A stretch of 64,000 nt of DNA from a virus: the IMG/VR virus record IMGVR_UViG_3300027785_002095. One strand, given 5' to 3'. The notes beneath the pieces are model-generated. The model saw nothing but the letters and a program-made list of their open reading frames with translations, searched no databases and was not told the DNA's origin. Below, one piece after another: positions 54,301-62,622 of the stretch. The position numbers and the translations under genes were made by a program. Numbering within the stretch: position 1 is the stretch's first letter; each line of letters starts with the position of its first letter.

Positions 54301-55874
54301 AAGCAGGCGACATAATTGGTTATAGATTCCCCGGCTCAAAAATGATGCCTATCAAAGCCAAGGTACTAAAGCTAATGAGTGATGGCACTGCAATGGTCAG
54401 CGTCTCAAGCAAACGCATGATTCAAGACAACAATGGCAGTCCTGTTATTAGCATTGGCCCTTTAAAATCTCTTGAGATTCAAAATCCATACCAGGAACTA
54501 TCAACAAAGCCAGCAGCTTCCAATTCTCAAGTAGCTGTTATGAAAGAAGATACCGAAGATTGGTTGCCAGCATACAAAGCATTGGCCAAAAACAACGGAG
54601 CTCCAGAATCTTTAAAATTTAGCGATGCATACCGTAATATTATTTGGAAGAAGCAGGTAGCATTGGTTGCAAAAGCCAATAACATCAGAGACAGAAACAG
54701 TTTGCAAAAATTAGCACAAGACTATTCGTCTGAACCAGACAGTGACGAACGTGCGCAGTATTTGGCTTACGAAATTGAAAAGTTAGTGTCACAGGCACCA
54801 AGTATGGCTGAAATGCGTAAAGTATTAGCACAACAACCTGACACAATTCATCAGCAAAACATAACTGCTATTCAAAATAAATTGGATTTAGAAAATGTTC
54901 CAATGCAACATGAATTGTCGATTCAGGCATTGTTAAACAAAGTTGAATTAGATCAAGCGGACCAGAAAGAGTTGTTGGAACTTGATATGGAAGCACGTTT
55001 AGCTATTGTTAAAATGAAGCAAGATTTAGAACTTGATGCCAAAGAACGTTTAGTTGCAATTGAGCGTGAAATTGAAGATCGTAAAGAACGTGAAGATATT
55101 CGCAAGCACGATTTAGAAATGGCACAAGCTGGTTACAAGCACGAACTTGCTGTTATTGATGCTACAGCCGAAGGTGAATATAAGAAAGCCAAACTAGAAG
55201 CCGACTATCAACTTCATATTAAACAGCTGGACAACATTGACAACGCTGAAGAACGAAAAAGCAGACTTGAGTTACTCAATGCTGAAAAAGCAAAACAGTT
55301 AGCAGTCATTGATTCCGAGACAAAAGCCAGAGTCGAAGTAATGCAAAAAGAAGTTGATGTTGAACAGCAGTCAAGCGACATTAAAATTCAAAGTGCATTT
55401 ATGATGGCGTTTAAAAACATATGGGCTGATTCACTAAGTGCTGCACAAAGTGCAGCCGGACAAGCATGGGATGTAGGTATTGCCAACGTTAAGAAAGCAT
55501 TGGCAATGATGTCTAAACCAATTATGCCAACTGCCCAAAAAGAAAGTCGTTATGATCGTCGCGATGCTGGTCAACGTGATTATGATTCAAGCGTAGCAAA
55601 TATGGGCAAGCGTCAATCTTATGCTTATCAACAAGACGGTGGTGCCAATGACGAAGGTTGGGACAAGCCAGAACGTTCTTACCAAGCTCCGCAGGAAACA
55701 TACTATGTTCGTTTCAAGGATTCGGGTAAAGTATACAAGCAAAAAGGTGTTCCGAAGAGCTTTGCAAACAAAGCGGCTGCAAATGCCTATGCGATTGCAA
55801 TGATTAAAAACAATCCTGCTCAGCAGGGCAACATTCTGTTATCAGTATCTGGCGAAGACAAGCCTACTGCATAA
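51393..55874 (+). CDS. very large (1493 aa) virion-associated/ejection-type protein candidate
   Basis: hydrophobic AALAAGMAMSGAGSAQAQGG segment, long acidic and coiled-coil C-terminal half; no catalytic motif recognised. Confidence 0.5.
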   Translation: MIRIRLINEGKVVKQITSRLHEGVVLEQIKKYNSPYDTVQIIEGELSEDAKSMLQHVAKKIVPAALAAGMAMSGAGSAQAQGGANPNYPGLNHSVGQHMTDIFSPNYKEKMRQREYGRSTERQVWNAEQDQLRKQRIADARARADAGRTTTGAQHVVYDQSRISQDGKSYIIYGMDNKVRRIPVAGTEFMAADSQRLPHYISSTGSVFYVRHPHVKDGIRESAGTNLPRATMTRDKTTGNASIQFDGKTFTPSAPFTKVPAGVTGTRIQVPAAAFGIRSMGDVAALISADGTVYAEQPIKIVTSGMSTKSVKESAENKAEHDKGYSDASQGKSKNPYNPGSPAAAAYNAGQQSYKRHFSEGYTVTRGIDKERYQERPGLEGPFSTKSGKVVYYDKKEGKYYDPETDFYIGHEDYAKMDESDPNATVGTIPSSGTVGTSGGMSQRTQFAPTGKTTNAKFNKSGQIELDTDPEADGSVNLDADAVKQLQQAGVQIKEEDGHSPVAYAITRRIMTQRVDLLKDYGPVLVGQAIDEVADFVGDVEEIGSSDVSGWVKHVEQMLQSNPPEAFNEAWWNGWDSGDANSWADNYKTAYPEKIKAIVQGGGIGQQRTNNDVATAQRILLQYWKEQGENLTQAHIEKAKEQIKADVAKAQGLTEGSDTLEGILSKYSADYAKFKAGGDIDENQDFFDALYAHYADSGEMPYGIQKARDGDPYEWITQRLDQEAGMQPVIENLAEGAEQMTPNWAKYVLDQIYNSNGAVTLTDLFDEGIPGLHDMFVATAQEHGLDPEEDFEDVQHELTVELEDIIKGGHGLDEAEEDEATPGDQAAADQNIIMKIRKASDNNRPTRIELADGSVSVIAPNIAKQLLAKFDKMKPDSKALLQKTLNTEEGFTEILNYFGGGVREQAASRAARIMQSAMVEAGVLDDVRARMDARRNPPAKPAATPTTPLPTTPRPPVPPYEAPVAQAEVKAGDIIGYRFPGSKMMPIKAKVLKLMSDGTAMVSVSSKRMIQDNNGSPVISIGPLKSLEIQNPYQELSTKPAASNSQVAVMKEDTEDWLPAYKALAKNNGAPESLKFSDAYRNIIWKKQVALVAKANNIRDRNSLQKLAQDYSSEPDSDERAQYLAYEIEKLVSQAPSMAEMRKVLAQQPDTIHQQNITAIQNKLDLENVPMQHELSIQALLNKVELDQADQKELLELDMEARLAIVKMKQDLELDAKERLVAIEREIEDRKEREDIRKHDLEMAQAGYKHELAVIDATAEGEYKKAKLEADYQLHIKQLDNIDNAEERKSRLELLNAEKAKQLAVIDSETKARVEVMQKEVDVEQQSSDIKIQSAFMMAFKNIWADSLSAAQSAAGQAWDVGIANVKKALAMMSKPIMPTAQKESRYDRRDAGQRDYDSSVANMGKRQSYAYQQDGGANDEGWDKPERSYQAPQETYYVRFKDSGKVYKQKGVPKSFANKAAANAYAIAMIKNNPAQQGNILLSVSGEDKPTA

Positions 55875-55890
55875 ACTATATTATGCAACG

Positions 55891-55915
55891 AAATTGCCGC
55901 AAATTGCGGCAATTT
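55891..55915 (+). terminator. 12-bp perfect inverted repeat AAATTGCCGCAA-A-TTGCGGCAATTT + TTTCTTT
   Basis: read directly after the 1493-aa gene. Confidence 0.55.
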
Positions 55916-55945
55916 CTTTGACTTAAACTACTGGTAAGTATATCT

Positions 55946-57436
55946 ATGGATGTTATACTTTTAAACAGCGGCCCAGCAGATTTTGGCAAAATCTCGCCTT
56001 ATAGAACATTGGGCGCATATAAAATTGCACACTATGCAAGAACAGCTGGTTACGATACTCAAATAATAGATCATCTAATGTTTCTAAGCGAAGAACAGCT
56101 TCGCGCTTGCTTGTTAAAGTATGTTACAAATGAAACTTTAGTTATTGGAATTAGCACTACATTCATGCAAGATCCAAGTCGGCCTCGCAATGTACAAATG
56201 TTACCAGCACACTTGATTACAGTGCTAAATGAAATATCCGAGCAGTTTCCCAATGTTAAATTAATTTTTGGTGGCTACGCAACCAATCTTGTTACATTAG
56301 CAACTGGTGTAGAATACGTTAAACGACCCTACGCTGTTATACAGCAATATGGGGAAGATACGTTTGTTGACGTATTGAATCATTTAAAAGGAATTGGTAA
56401 AGAACCAAATTGGACTATCGCAGGCGTTGCACCCACTGGCCCATATAAAACAATAATCAAACAATACGCAGCGCCGCTCACCGTTAGATTTAACATTGAG
56501 ACTGATGCCTTTAAGTTTACAGAACATGATGCTATTATGCCCAATGAAACACTACCAATTGAAATTAGTAGAGGTTGTATTTTTAAATGCAAGTTTTGTA
56601 ATCACTTGTTATTGGGAAGAGGTAAACTTGACTATCTCAGAGATTTTGAGTTAGTACGGCAGGAGATGGTACATAATTATGAAAAGTGGGGCACTACTAA
56701 TTACTATGTAATTTGTGATACATTTAACGATACCGAATACAAAATGAGGGAATGGCACAAAATGGTCACATCGTTACCTTTTAAGATCAATTGGACTTCC
56801 TATTTGCGAGCCGACTTATTACATAGGTTTCCTGATGTGCCGTACATGTTGGCAGAAACAGGACTGTTTTCATGCTTTCATGGGATTGAAACGTTGGGAG
56901 AGCATGCGTCCAATGTCATTGGAAAAGGCTGGAGTGGAAAAGGGGCTCGCGAATTCCTCCCTAAACTATATCACGATATTTGGAATAAGCAAGTATTTCA
57001 AACTTTGAGTTTCATTGTTGGACTGCCCGGAGATACTGCGGATAGCATTGTAGACACTGCAAATTGGTTTAATGACAATGACTTGTACAATATATCATGG
57101 CACACATTAGGTTTAAGTGCAAGCGGAGTCAAAAATGCAAGTGAATTTGAACGCAATGCAAAGGATTATGGCTACACTTTTACAGGCAAATTCTCCTGGA
57201 AAAATGATCTTTGGACCAACCTAACTGCTGGTGAATTTGCCAGCACAACTCTATCAGCAATGACTGATCCATATAATGCAAAGCATGGTAGTTGGAAAAT
57301 TATGCAGTTGCGCCAAATTGGCTATACCCACGAAGACTTTCTTAAAGAAAATAATAATTTGTGGACTACTGCTGAACAATACAATCGAGGACGATCACTG
57401 ATTGATCAATATGTAATCAAATTACTGGCACAGTAA
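55946..57436 (+). CDS. B12-binding-domain radical SAM enzyme (class B)
   Basis: N-terminal B12-binding-like VILLNSGPADFGKISPYRTLGAYKIAHYARTAGYDTQIIDH; C-x3-C-x2-C in EISRGCIFKCKFCNH. Confidence 0.6.
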   Translation: MDVILLNSGPADFGKISPYRTLGAYKIAHYARTAGYDTQIIDHLMFLSEEQLRACLLKYVTNETLVIGISTTFMQDPSRPRNVQMLPAHLITVLNEISEQFPNVKLIFGGYATNLVTLATGVEYVKRPYAVIQQYGEDTFVDVLNHLKGIGKEPNWTIAGVAPTGPYKTIIKQYAAPLTVRFNIETDAFKFTEHDAIMPNETLPIEISRGCIFKCKFCNHLLLGRGKLDYLRDFELVRQEMVHNYEKWGTTNYYVICDTFNDTEYKMREWHKMVTSLPFKINWTSYLRADLLHRFPDVPYMLAETGLFSCFHGIETLGEHASNVIGKGWSGKGAREFLPKLYHDIWNKQVFQTLSFIVGLPGDTADSIVDTANWFNDNDLYNISWHTLGLSASGVKNASEFERNAKDYGYTFTGKFSWKNDLWTNLTAGEFASTTLSAMTDPYNAKHGSWKIMQLRQIGYTHEDFLKENNNLWTTAEQYNRGRSLIDQYVIKLLAQ

Positions 57437-57465
57437 TAAATACATTTAATAAGGAATCATAATTT

Positions 57466-59151
57466 ATGAAATTCACAGATTTAGGCGACACGGGCGCACA
57501 ACTCAATATCAAAGTTGAAGCAGCACCTGCAGGTGTTAAATTAGCAGCCGGTGCAGCAATGGGCGCACTCAGTGGCGCTGGTGGACACATTCTCGGAGCA
57601 GTATTTGGTCCCATTGGTAGTATTGCAATGGCGGCTGCAATGGCACATCAGGGCGCAACGCTGGGCATGAAAATGGCCGACGGCATTTGGGACTTCTTTA
57701 GCGATAAGCTGGGCGGTGATGATAATGCTGAAGAGTTTGCAATGGCACACTTGACTGCGTCTGCTAAAGGTTTGCCAACATTTGATTATCGTGGTAAAAC
57801 TTACAACGTTAAAGTACCACAACAGCAGGCTCGTGCTGCCGCAGTTGAAGTTCGTAAAGTAACTGAAAGTTTGACAGAGCGTAGACAGCAAGGTCTAGTA
57901 GAATTTGCTCCAGCAGGCAGCGGTGATAGCGGCGACGATGGCTTCGATGAACGCATGCTAAAGCAGTTGGCAGCACAGTGGTGGAACGGTGATGAAGATC
58001 CAAAAGCAGAAAAAACATTGTTGGCTGCAGGTTGGGAAATTGGACAAGATGAAGGCTATGACAACGGCGGCGTATTTGTGGTGCAAGCAGGCGACGAGCA
58101 TGGTAAGAGCTATATTAGCTGGCCAGCAGAAGAATTACAGCAAGGTGTAGCGGAGGACCAAGGTCAAAATCAACAATGGTCCAACAAAGACATGGAGAAG
58201 TTGCGGGTTGCTACCCGAGACTTTGATGATATACTATCTGCTAATGGACCCGACGCATTCAAACAAGAGCTTATTAAGAAACGAATTAAAACAAAACCCA
58301 TGCCAGGCCCTAAAGGCCAATTGCCCGAGCAAGGCGTTGTTGAAGGCTCCAATGATGGCAGAGATAAATTCTACTATCAACGCAACAACATCTGGAGAGT
58401 CATGGACGGTGATGACCTAGTGCAAGAATACACACCAGACCGTTATGAAGTTGTTGGTGCTAAAAAGCTATTGGCCCGTTTTGACGATGAAGGTTATGAT
58501 GTTGACCGTGTAATTAGCCCAATGGGAACTATCACATACCTGTATGGCAAACCTGAAGAAGACATAGACGAGGGTGTAGCAGAAACTTTACCATTGAATG
58601 ATGCGCTAAAGCTATTACGTCAGTATGGTGCTGAAAATTTAAAAACAACCAGCAACGAATTGCATTTTTACAAAAACGGTCGAGCATTCAGTGTCGACTT
58701 GGTTATGAATCCCGACGCAACTCGCAGTGCAAGTTTAAGCAGTTTAAATGCAGCAACTCGTGGCTTAAAGGGACAAGGTGTGTCGGAAGATGATATTGAG
58801 GAAGCCAGTTTAGCATCCATGCGTGACTTCTTTAATCAACCTGACGATTCAATTGCTGTCAATCGCGGTCCTGCTGTAGCTGGTAGAAATCCAGCAGGCA
58901 TTCCAAATGAGATTCAAACATTAGTAAACAAAATGTATCATGCTGGAAAGATAAGTCCGAAAGAACTTGAAATCCTTAGAGACTTCCAGCGTAAAACTAA
59001 AATCAACGTTGGCATTCGAGAAGCTGATAAAAATCCATATGCGATCGGCATGAGCCAAGCTATGAAAAGTACAGGTGATAAACCACCATTAAAGAAAAGC
59101 ACAATCAACAAGGCACATGAGATTGCTCGCGCAGTCAAAAAAGGCGAATAA
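57466..59151 (+). CDS. hypothetical protein (561 aa) with Gly/Ala-rich hydrophobic N-terminus
   Basis: GAAMGALSGAGGHILGAVFGPIGSIAMAAAMAH. Confidence 0.5.
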   Translation: MKFTDLGDTGAQLNIKVEAAPAGVKLAAGAAMGALSGAGGHILGAVFGPIGSIAMAAAMAHQGATLGMKMADGIWDFFSDKLGGDDNAEEFAMAHLTASAKGLPTFDYRGKTYNVKVPQQQARAAAVEVRKVTESLTERRQQGLVEFAPAGSGDSGDDGFDERMLKQLAAQWWNGDEDPKAEKTLLAAGWEIGQDEGYDNGGVFVVQAGDEHGKSYISWPAEELQQGVAEDQGQNQQWSNKDMEKLRVATRDFDDILSANGPDAFKQELIKKRIKTKPMPGPKGQLPEQGVVEGSNDGRDKFYYQRNNIWRVMDGDDLVQEYTPDRYEVVGAKKLLARFDDEGYDVDRVISPMGTITYLYGKPEEDIDEGVAETLPLNDALKLLRQYGAENLKTTSNELHFYKNGRAFSVDLVMNPDATRSASLSSLNAATRGLKGQGVSEDDIEEASLASMRDFFNQPDDSIAVNRGPAVAGRNPAGIPNEIQTLVNKMYHAGKISPKELEILRDFQRKTKINVGIREADKNPYAIGMSQAMKSTGDKPPLKKSTINKAHEIARAVKKGE

Positions 59152-59163
59152 CAGGAGATTAGT

Positions 59164-59796
59164 ATGATTGAATTGAATATTGATATTTTAGTTGAATGTT
59201 TACCAGAAGCTAAACGCAGCAACTTGGAAAAGTTTGTAGAAGGTTTAAATGAAACATTTGAACACTTTGAAATTGACACGCCAGAACGCATGGCCATGTT
59301 TATTGCACAAACTGCACACGAGTCCGGCAACTTTGCAGCCACACAAGAAAACTTGAACTACAGTGCCAAAGGTTTGAACGGTACATTTAAAAAGTATTTC
59401 CCTACTGAAGATTCAGCAGTACCTTATGCACGTAAGCCAGAAAAGATTGCTAATAAGGTATATGGTGGCCGTATGGGCAACGGAGCCGAAAGTTCCGGTG
59501 ATGGTTACAAGTATCGCGGCCGCGGTGTTATTCAATTAACTGGCAAGGACAACTATACTGCATGCGGTAAAGCATTAGAGATGGACTTATTAACTGATCC
59601 AGATTCGGTAGCAGAAAACCCAGTTGCAGTATTAAGTGCAGGTTGGTTCTGGAACACACGTCGATTAAACGAGTGGGCTGACAAAGGTGACATCACCACA
59701 GTTACTAAACGAATCAACGGTGGTACAATTGGTCTTGCTGATCGTAAAAAACATTACGAGCACATTTTGGAAGTACTTCACGCATTAGAAGACTAA
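59164..59796 (+). CDS. GH19 lysozyme/endolysin
   Basis: FIAQTAHESGNF...YKYRGRGVIQLTGKDNYTACG...AVLSAGWFWNTRRL. Confidence 0.7.
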   Translation: MIELNIDILVECLPEAKRSNLEKFVEGLNETFEHFEIDTPERMAMFIAQTAHESGNFAATQENLNYSAKGLNGTFKKYFPTEDSAVPYARKPEKIANKVYGGRMGNGAESSGDGYKYRGRGVIQLTGKDNYTACGKALEMDLLTDPDSVAENPVAVLSAGWFWNTRRLNEWADKGDITTVTKRINGGTIGLADRKKHYEHILEVLHALED

Positions 59797-59811
59797 GTAA
59801 TATTAACACGG

Positions 59812-59855
59812 CCCCAACCTCTGCGGATTAATTACCCAAGCACGTTGGGGTTTTT
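59812..59855 (+). terminator. terminator-like hairpin (CCCAA-gcacg-TTGGG inner; CCCCAAC...GTTGGGG outer) + T5
   Basis: read directly after the lysozyme stop; GGCCGCAAATTC follows. Confidence 0.5.
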
Positions 59856-59897
59856 CTTGGCCGCAAATTCTTTAACAGCGCATATAATAAATAAAGT

Positions 59898-61172
59898 ATG
59901 AGCGAAATGATTTGGTACTGCGATCACAAGAATGACAATCCGTTTGAATTGCACAGCTACCTACAACAGTTTATTACCAATGACACTGACAACATAGATC
60001 ATTTTACTGTTCAGCCTGCAATTGATTTGACCATACTTCCTGAATTTGCGTCAGACGTAGTAGTTAAAACATTTCCTGACTATAAAAACAATTCTAATGG
60101 CGTTGTTGTAATTGGACTCCACGGAGGATGGGACAAGATAAAACTTGAACTGATTACTGAATGGTTTAAGTCAGATCATAATAGACTTCGGGCCTGGCGC
60201 GATAGTACTTGTCGTATTGTACTTGATTACAGTATGGAAGGCTTTGGAGAAGAAGCGTTTGGGGACTTATACACCTGGAGTTGCAAACATAAATTAGAAG
60301 ATAGATTAATATATGTGTCAGGCGATTTGAACATACAAGATAACTACCAAGTATGGTGTAGTCGACATCGAATTCATCCAGCAATGCTTGCTGCATATTA
60401 TGGATACTTTGCAGTGTGGGCAAGTAGACAACTCAGGGCCACTGCACAGACTACTGCCCGTAAGCGTTATATGAGTTTAAATCGTAGGCCCCACTATCAT
60501 CGTATTATGATGATGACTATACTTGAACGCAGAGATTTAATTGAGCACGGTACAATCAGTATGCCGCGTGACTTTGTGGAGCCTGACATAGGATGGGCTA
60601 AAGATCAATGGGACTTACGTAGATTATGGGACGAGTTGAAAGATTTACAAATAGGATTCTTAGATCGTTACGAAGATGCATTTCAGACGTTGTATAAACG
60701 TCTACCTCTAATAGCCGACAGAACAGACTTTGAAACCAATCATGCACTGGACTTTAATACAGACTTATACAGCGAACATCCTGTAAATCTTGTCACAGAA
60801 ACACTGTGCTTCACTACCAGCGCATTTGCATCAGAGAAGATTTGGAAGCCAATGGCTGCTGGCCAAATATTTTTGGTACTAAGTGGGCCACATTACTTAC
60901 GGGGTTTACGACGACTTGGGTTTCGTACATTTGCTCCATACATTAACGAAGAATACGATGAAGAGCTTGAGCCTATTGCTCGTGCTAATCTGGTAGCTCG
61001 TGAATTGAAACGACTGATAAGTATCACTGACGAGGAATTTGGTGCAGTAGTGGCTCAATGTCAAATAGTACTTAAATATAATCAACAATTGGTTATTGAT
61101 CAGGCTAAGATAAAAGCAACAGTTGCTCGTGACTTAGTACGCACATTAGAAGGTAAACGTGGACCCAATTAA
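59898..61172 (+). CDS. hypothetical protein (possible glycosyltransferase-like)
   Basis: 424 aa; TATAAT ends 9 nt before ATG; function is a guess from gene context. Confidence 0.4.
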   Translation: MSEMIWYCDHKNDNPFELHSYLQQFITNDTDNIDHFTVQPAIDLTILPEFASDVVVKTFPDYKNNSNGVVVIGLHGGWDKIKLELITEWFKSDHNRLRAWRDSTCRIVLDYSMEGFGEEAFGDLYTWSCKHKLEDRLIYVSGDLNIQDNYQVWCSRHRIHPAMLAAYYGYFAVWASRQLRATAQTTARKRYMSLNRRPHYHRIMMMTILERRDLIEHGTISMPRDFVEPDIGWAKDQWDLRRLWDELKDLQIGFLDRYEDAFQTLYKRLPLIADRTDFETNHALDFNTDLYSEHPVNLVTETLCFTTSAFASEKIWKPMAAGQIFLVLSGPHYLRGLRRLGFRTFAPYINEEYDEELEPIARANLVARELKRLISITDEEFGAVVAQCQIVLKYNQQLVIDQAKIKATVARDLVRTLEGKRGPN

Positions 61173-62622
61173 AATTCATTTGAACAAGATAAAGCAACAA
61201 TTAGACACTGTTAGCAGTAGCTATTGCGTTGCCAAATGGCAGCAAGTTACAATCCATCTTGCAACAGGACAGACACATTCGTGCCACCATCCAGCCACAC
61301 ATCATATTCCAGTAGAGGAAATTACTGCAAATCCAAGTGCGCTGCACAATACCAAGTTCAAAAAAGAACAGCGTAAAAAGATGCTGGAAGGTGAACGTCC
61401 AAGTGAATGCGACTACTGCTGGAAAGCTGAAGATAGTCCCGGACATCACTTTTCCGATCGTGTTCTCAAAAGTGCTGACTTAGTTTGGGGGCAACCATTT
61501 TTAAAGTCGTCGTCACAGATGCCCTGGGACGCAGATGTTACCCCTGCTTATGTAGAAGTTTCATTTAGTAACGTATGCAACTTTGGTTGTGCATATTGCA
61601 GTCCAGACATTAGTTCTACAATCATGCAAGAGGCCAAACGCTATGGCCCAGTGTTACTTGATGGTGGGCGTGTTGATCGTGACATTATTAAGTTAGAGCA
61701 ACAAGGCCGCATGCCTATCCCCAACAGGGAACATAATCCTTACATTGAAGCATTTTGGAAATGGTGGCCTACACTATATCCCAAGCTAAAAGTATTCCGT
61801 ATTACTGGCGGGGAGCCGCTGCTGGCCAAAGACACCTTTAAGGTATTAGACTGGATTATTGCCAACCCCAATCCCGAACTCGATCTTGCCATCAACAGCA
61901 ATTTGGGTGTAGATGAAAAACTACTAAACGAGTTTTTAGAAAAAGCCAACTACATCCAAGAAAACAATTTGGTAAAGAGTTTAAAGATCTTTACTTCATG
62001 TGACACCTGGGGCAAGCAAGCCGAATACATTCGTACTGGCCTAAATTACAAACAATGGTATCGTACATTGTGGGACATTACACTACGTTATCCTGCGCTG
62101 AGCATTACAGTAATGGTGACGTTTAACTTGTTGAGTATTCCACGCTTTGAATCATTCCTACGTGATATGTTGGCACTGCGGCAAGCCCCAAGTGTTAGTA
62201 TCAATAATTCGGGCATGCGTGGGGTTGGATTAGACTTCCCGTATCTACGTCATCCACGTTACCTAAGTTCGTTACTGGCAGATCCTTATATGCTGGTATT
62301 ACTTGATCGTTGTATTCAGTTTATGCGACACAATACTGCAACATATCAACATGTTGATTACCATGATGGATTTTATCCACACGAAGTTGACAATTTACAA
62401 CGTGTGTATAATATTGCTTCAGCCGAATGGCAAGACAGCACGGCCAATAAGGTAAGTAGACGTGACTTTTATTTGTATATTACAGAACACGATCGTCGTA
62501 ACGGAACTGACTTTAAAACAGTATTTTCAGAAATTGGATATTTCTACGACCAGTGCAAGCGAGAATACGAAGAGTCGCAAGCTGCACGAGAAGCAGCAAA
62601 TAAAGACAAAGAAGAAACATGA
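61159..62622 (+). CDS. radical SAM domain protein
   Basis: VSFSNVCNFGCAYCSP and RITGGEPLL. Confidence 0.6.
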   Translation: MDPIKIHLNKIKQQLDTVSSSYCVAKWQQVTIHLATGQTHSCHHPATHHIPVEEITANPSALHNTKFKKEQRKKMLEGERPSECDYCWKAEDSPGHHFSDRVLKSADLVWGQPFLKSSSQMPWDADVTPAYVEVSFSNVCNFGCAYCSPDISSTIMQEAKRYGPVLLDGGRVDRDIIKLEQQGRMPIPNREHNPYIEAFWKWWPTLYPKLKVFRITGGEPLLAKDTFKVLDWIIANPNPELDLAINSNLGVDEKLLNEFLEKANYIQENNLVKSLKIFTSCDTWGKQAEYIRTGLNYKQWYRTLWDITLRYPALSITVMVTFNLLSIPRFESFLRDMLALRQAPSVSINNSGMRGVGLDFPYLRHPRYLSSLLADPYMLVLLDRCIQFMRHNTATYQHVDYHDGFYPHEVDNLQRVYNIASAEWQDSTANKVSRRDFYLYITEHDRRNGTDFKTVFSEIGYFYDQCKREYEESQAAREAANKDKEET

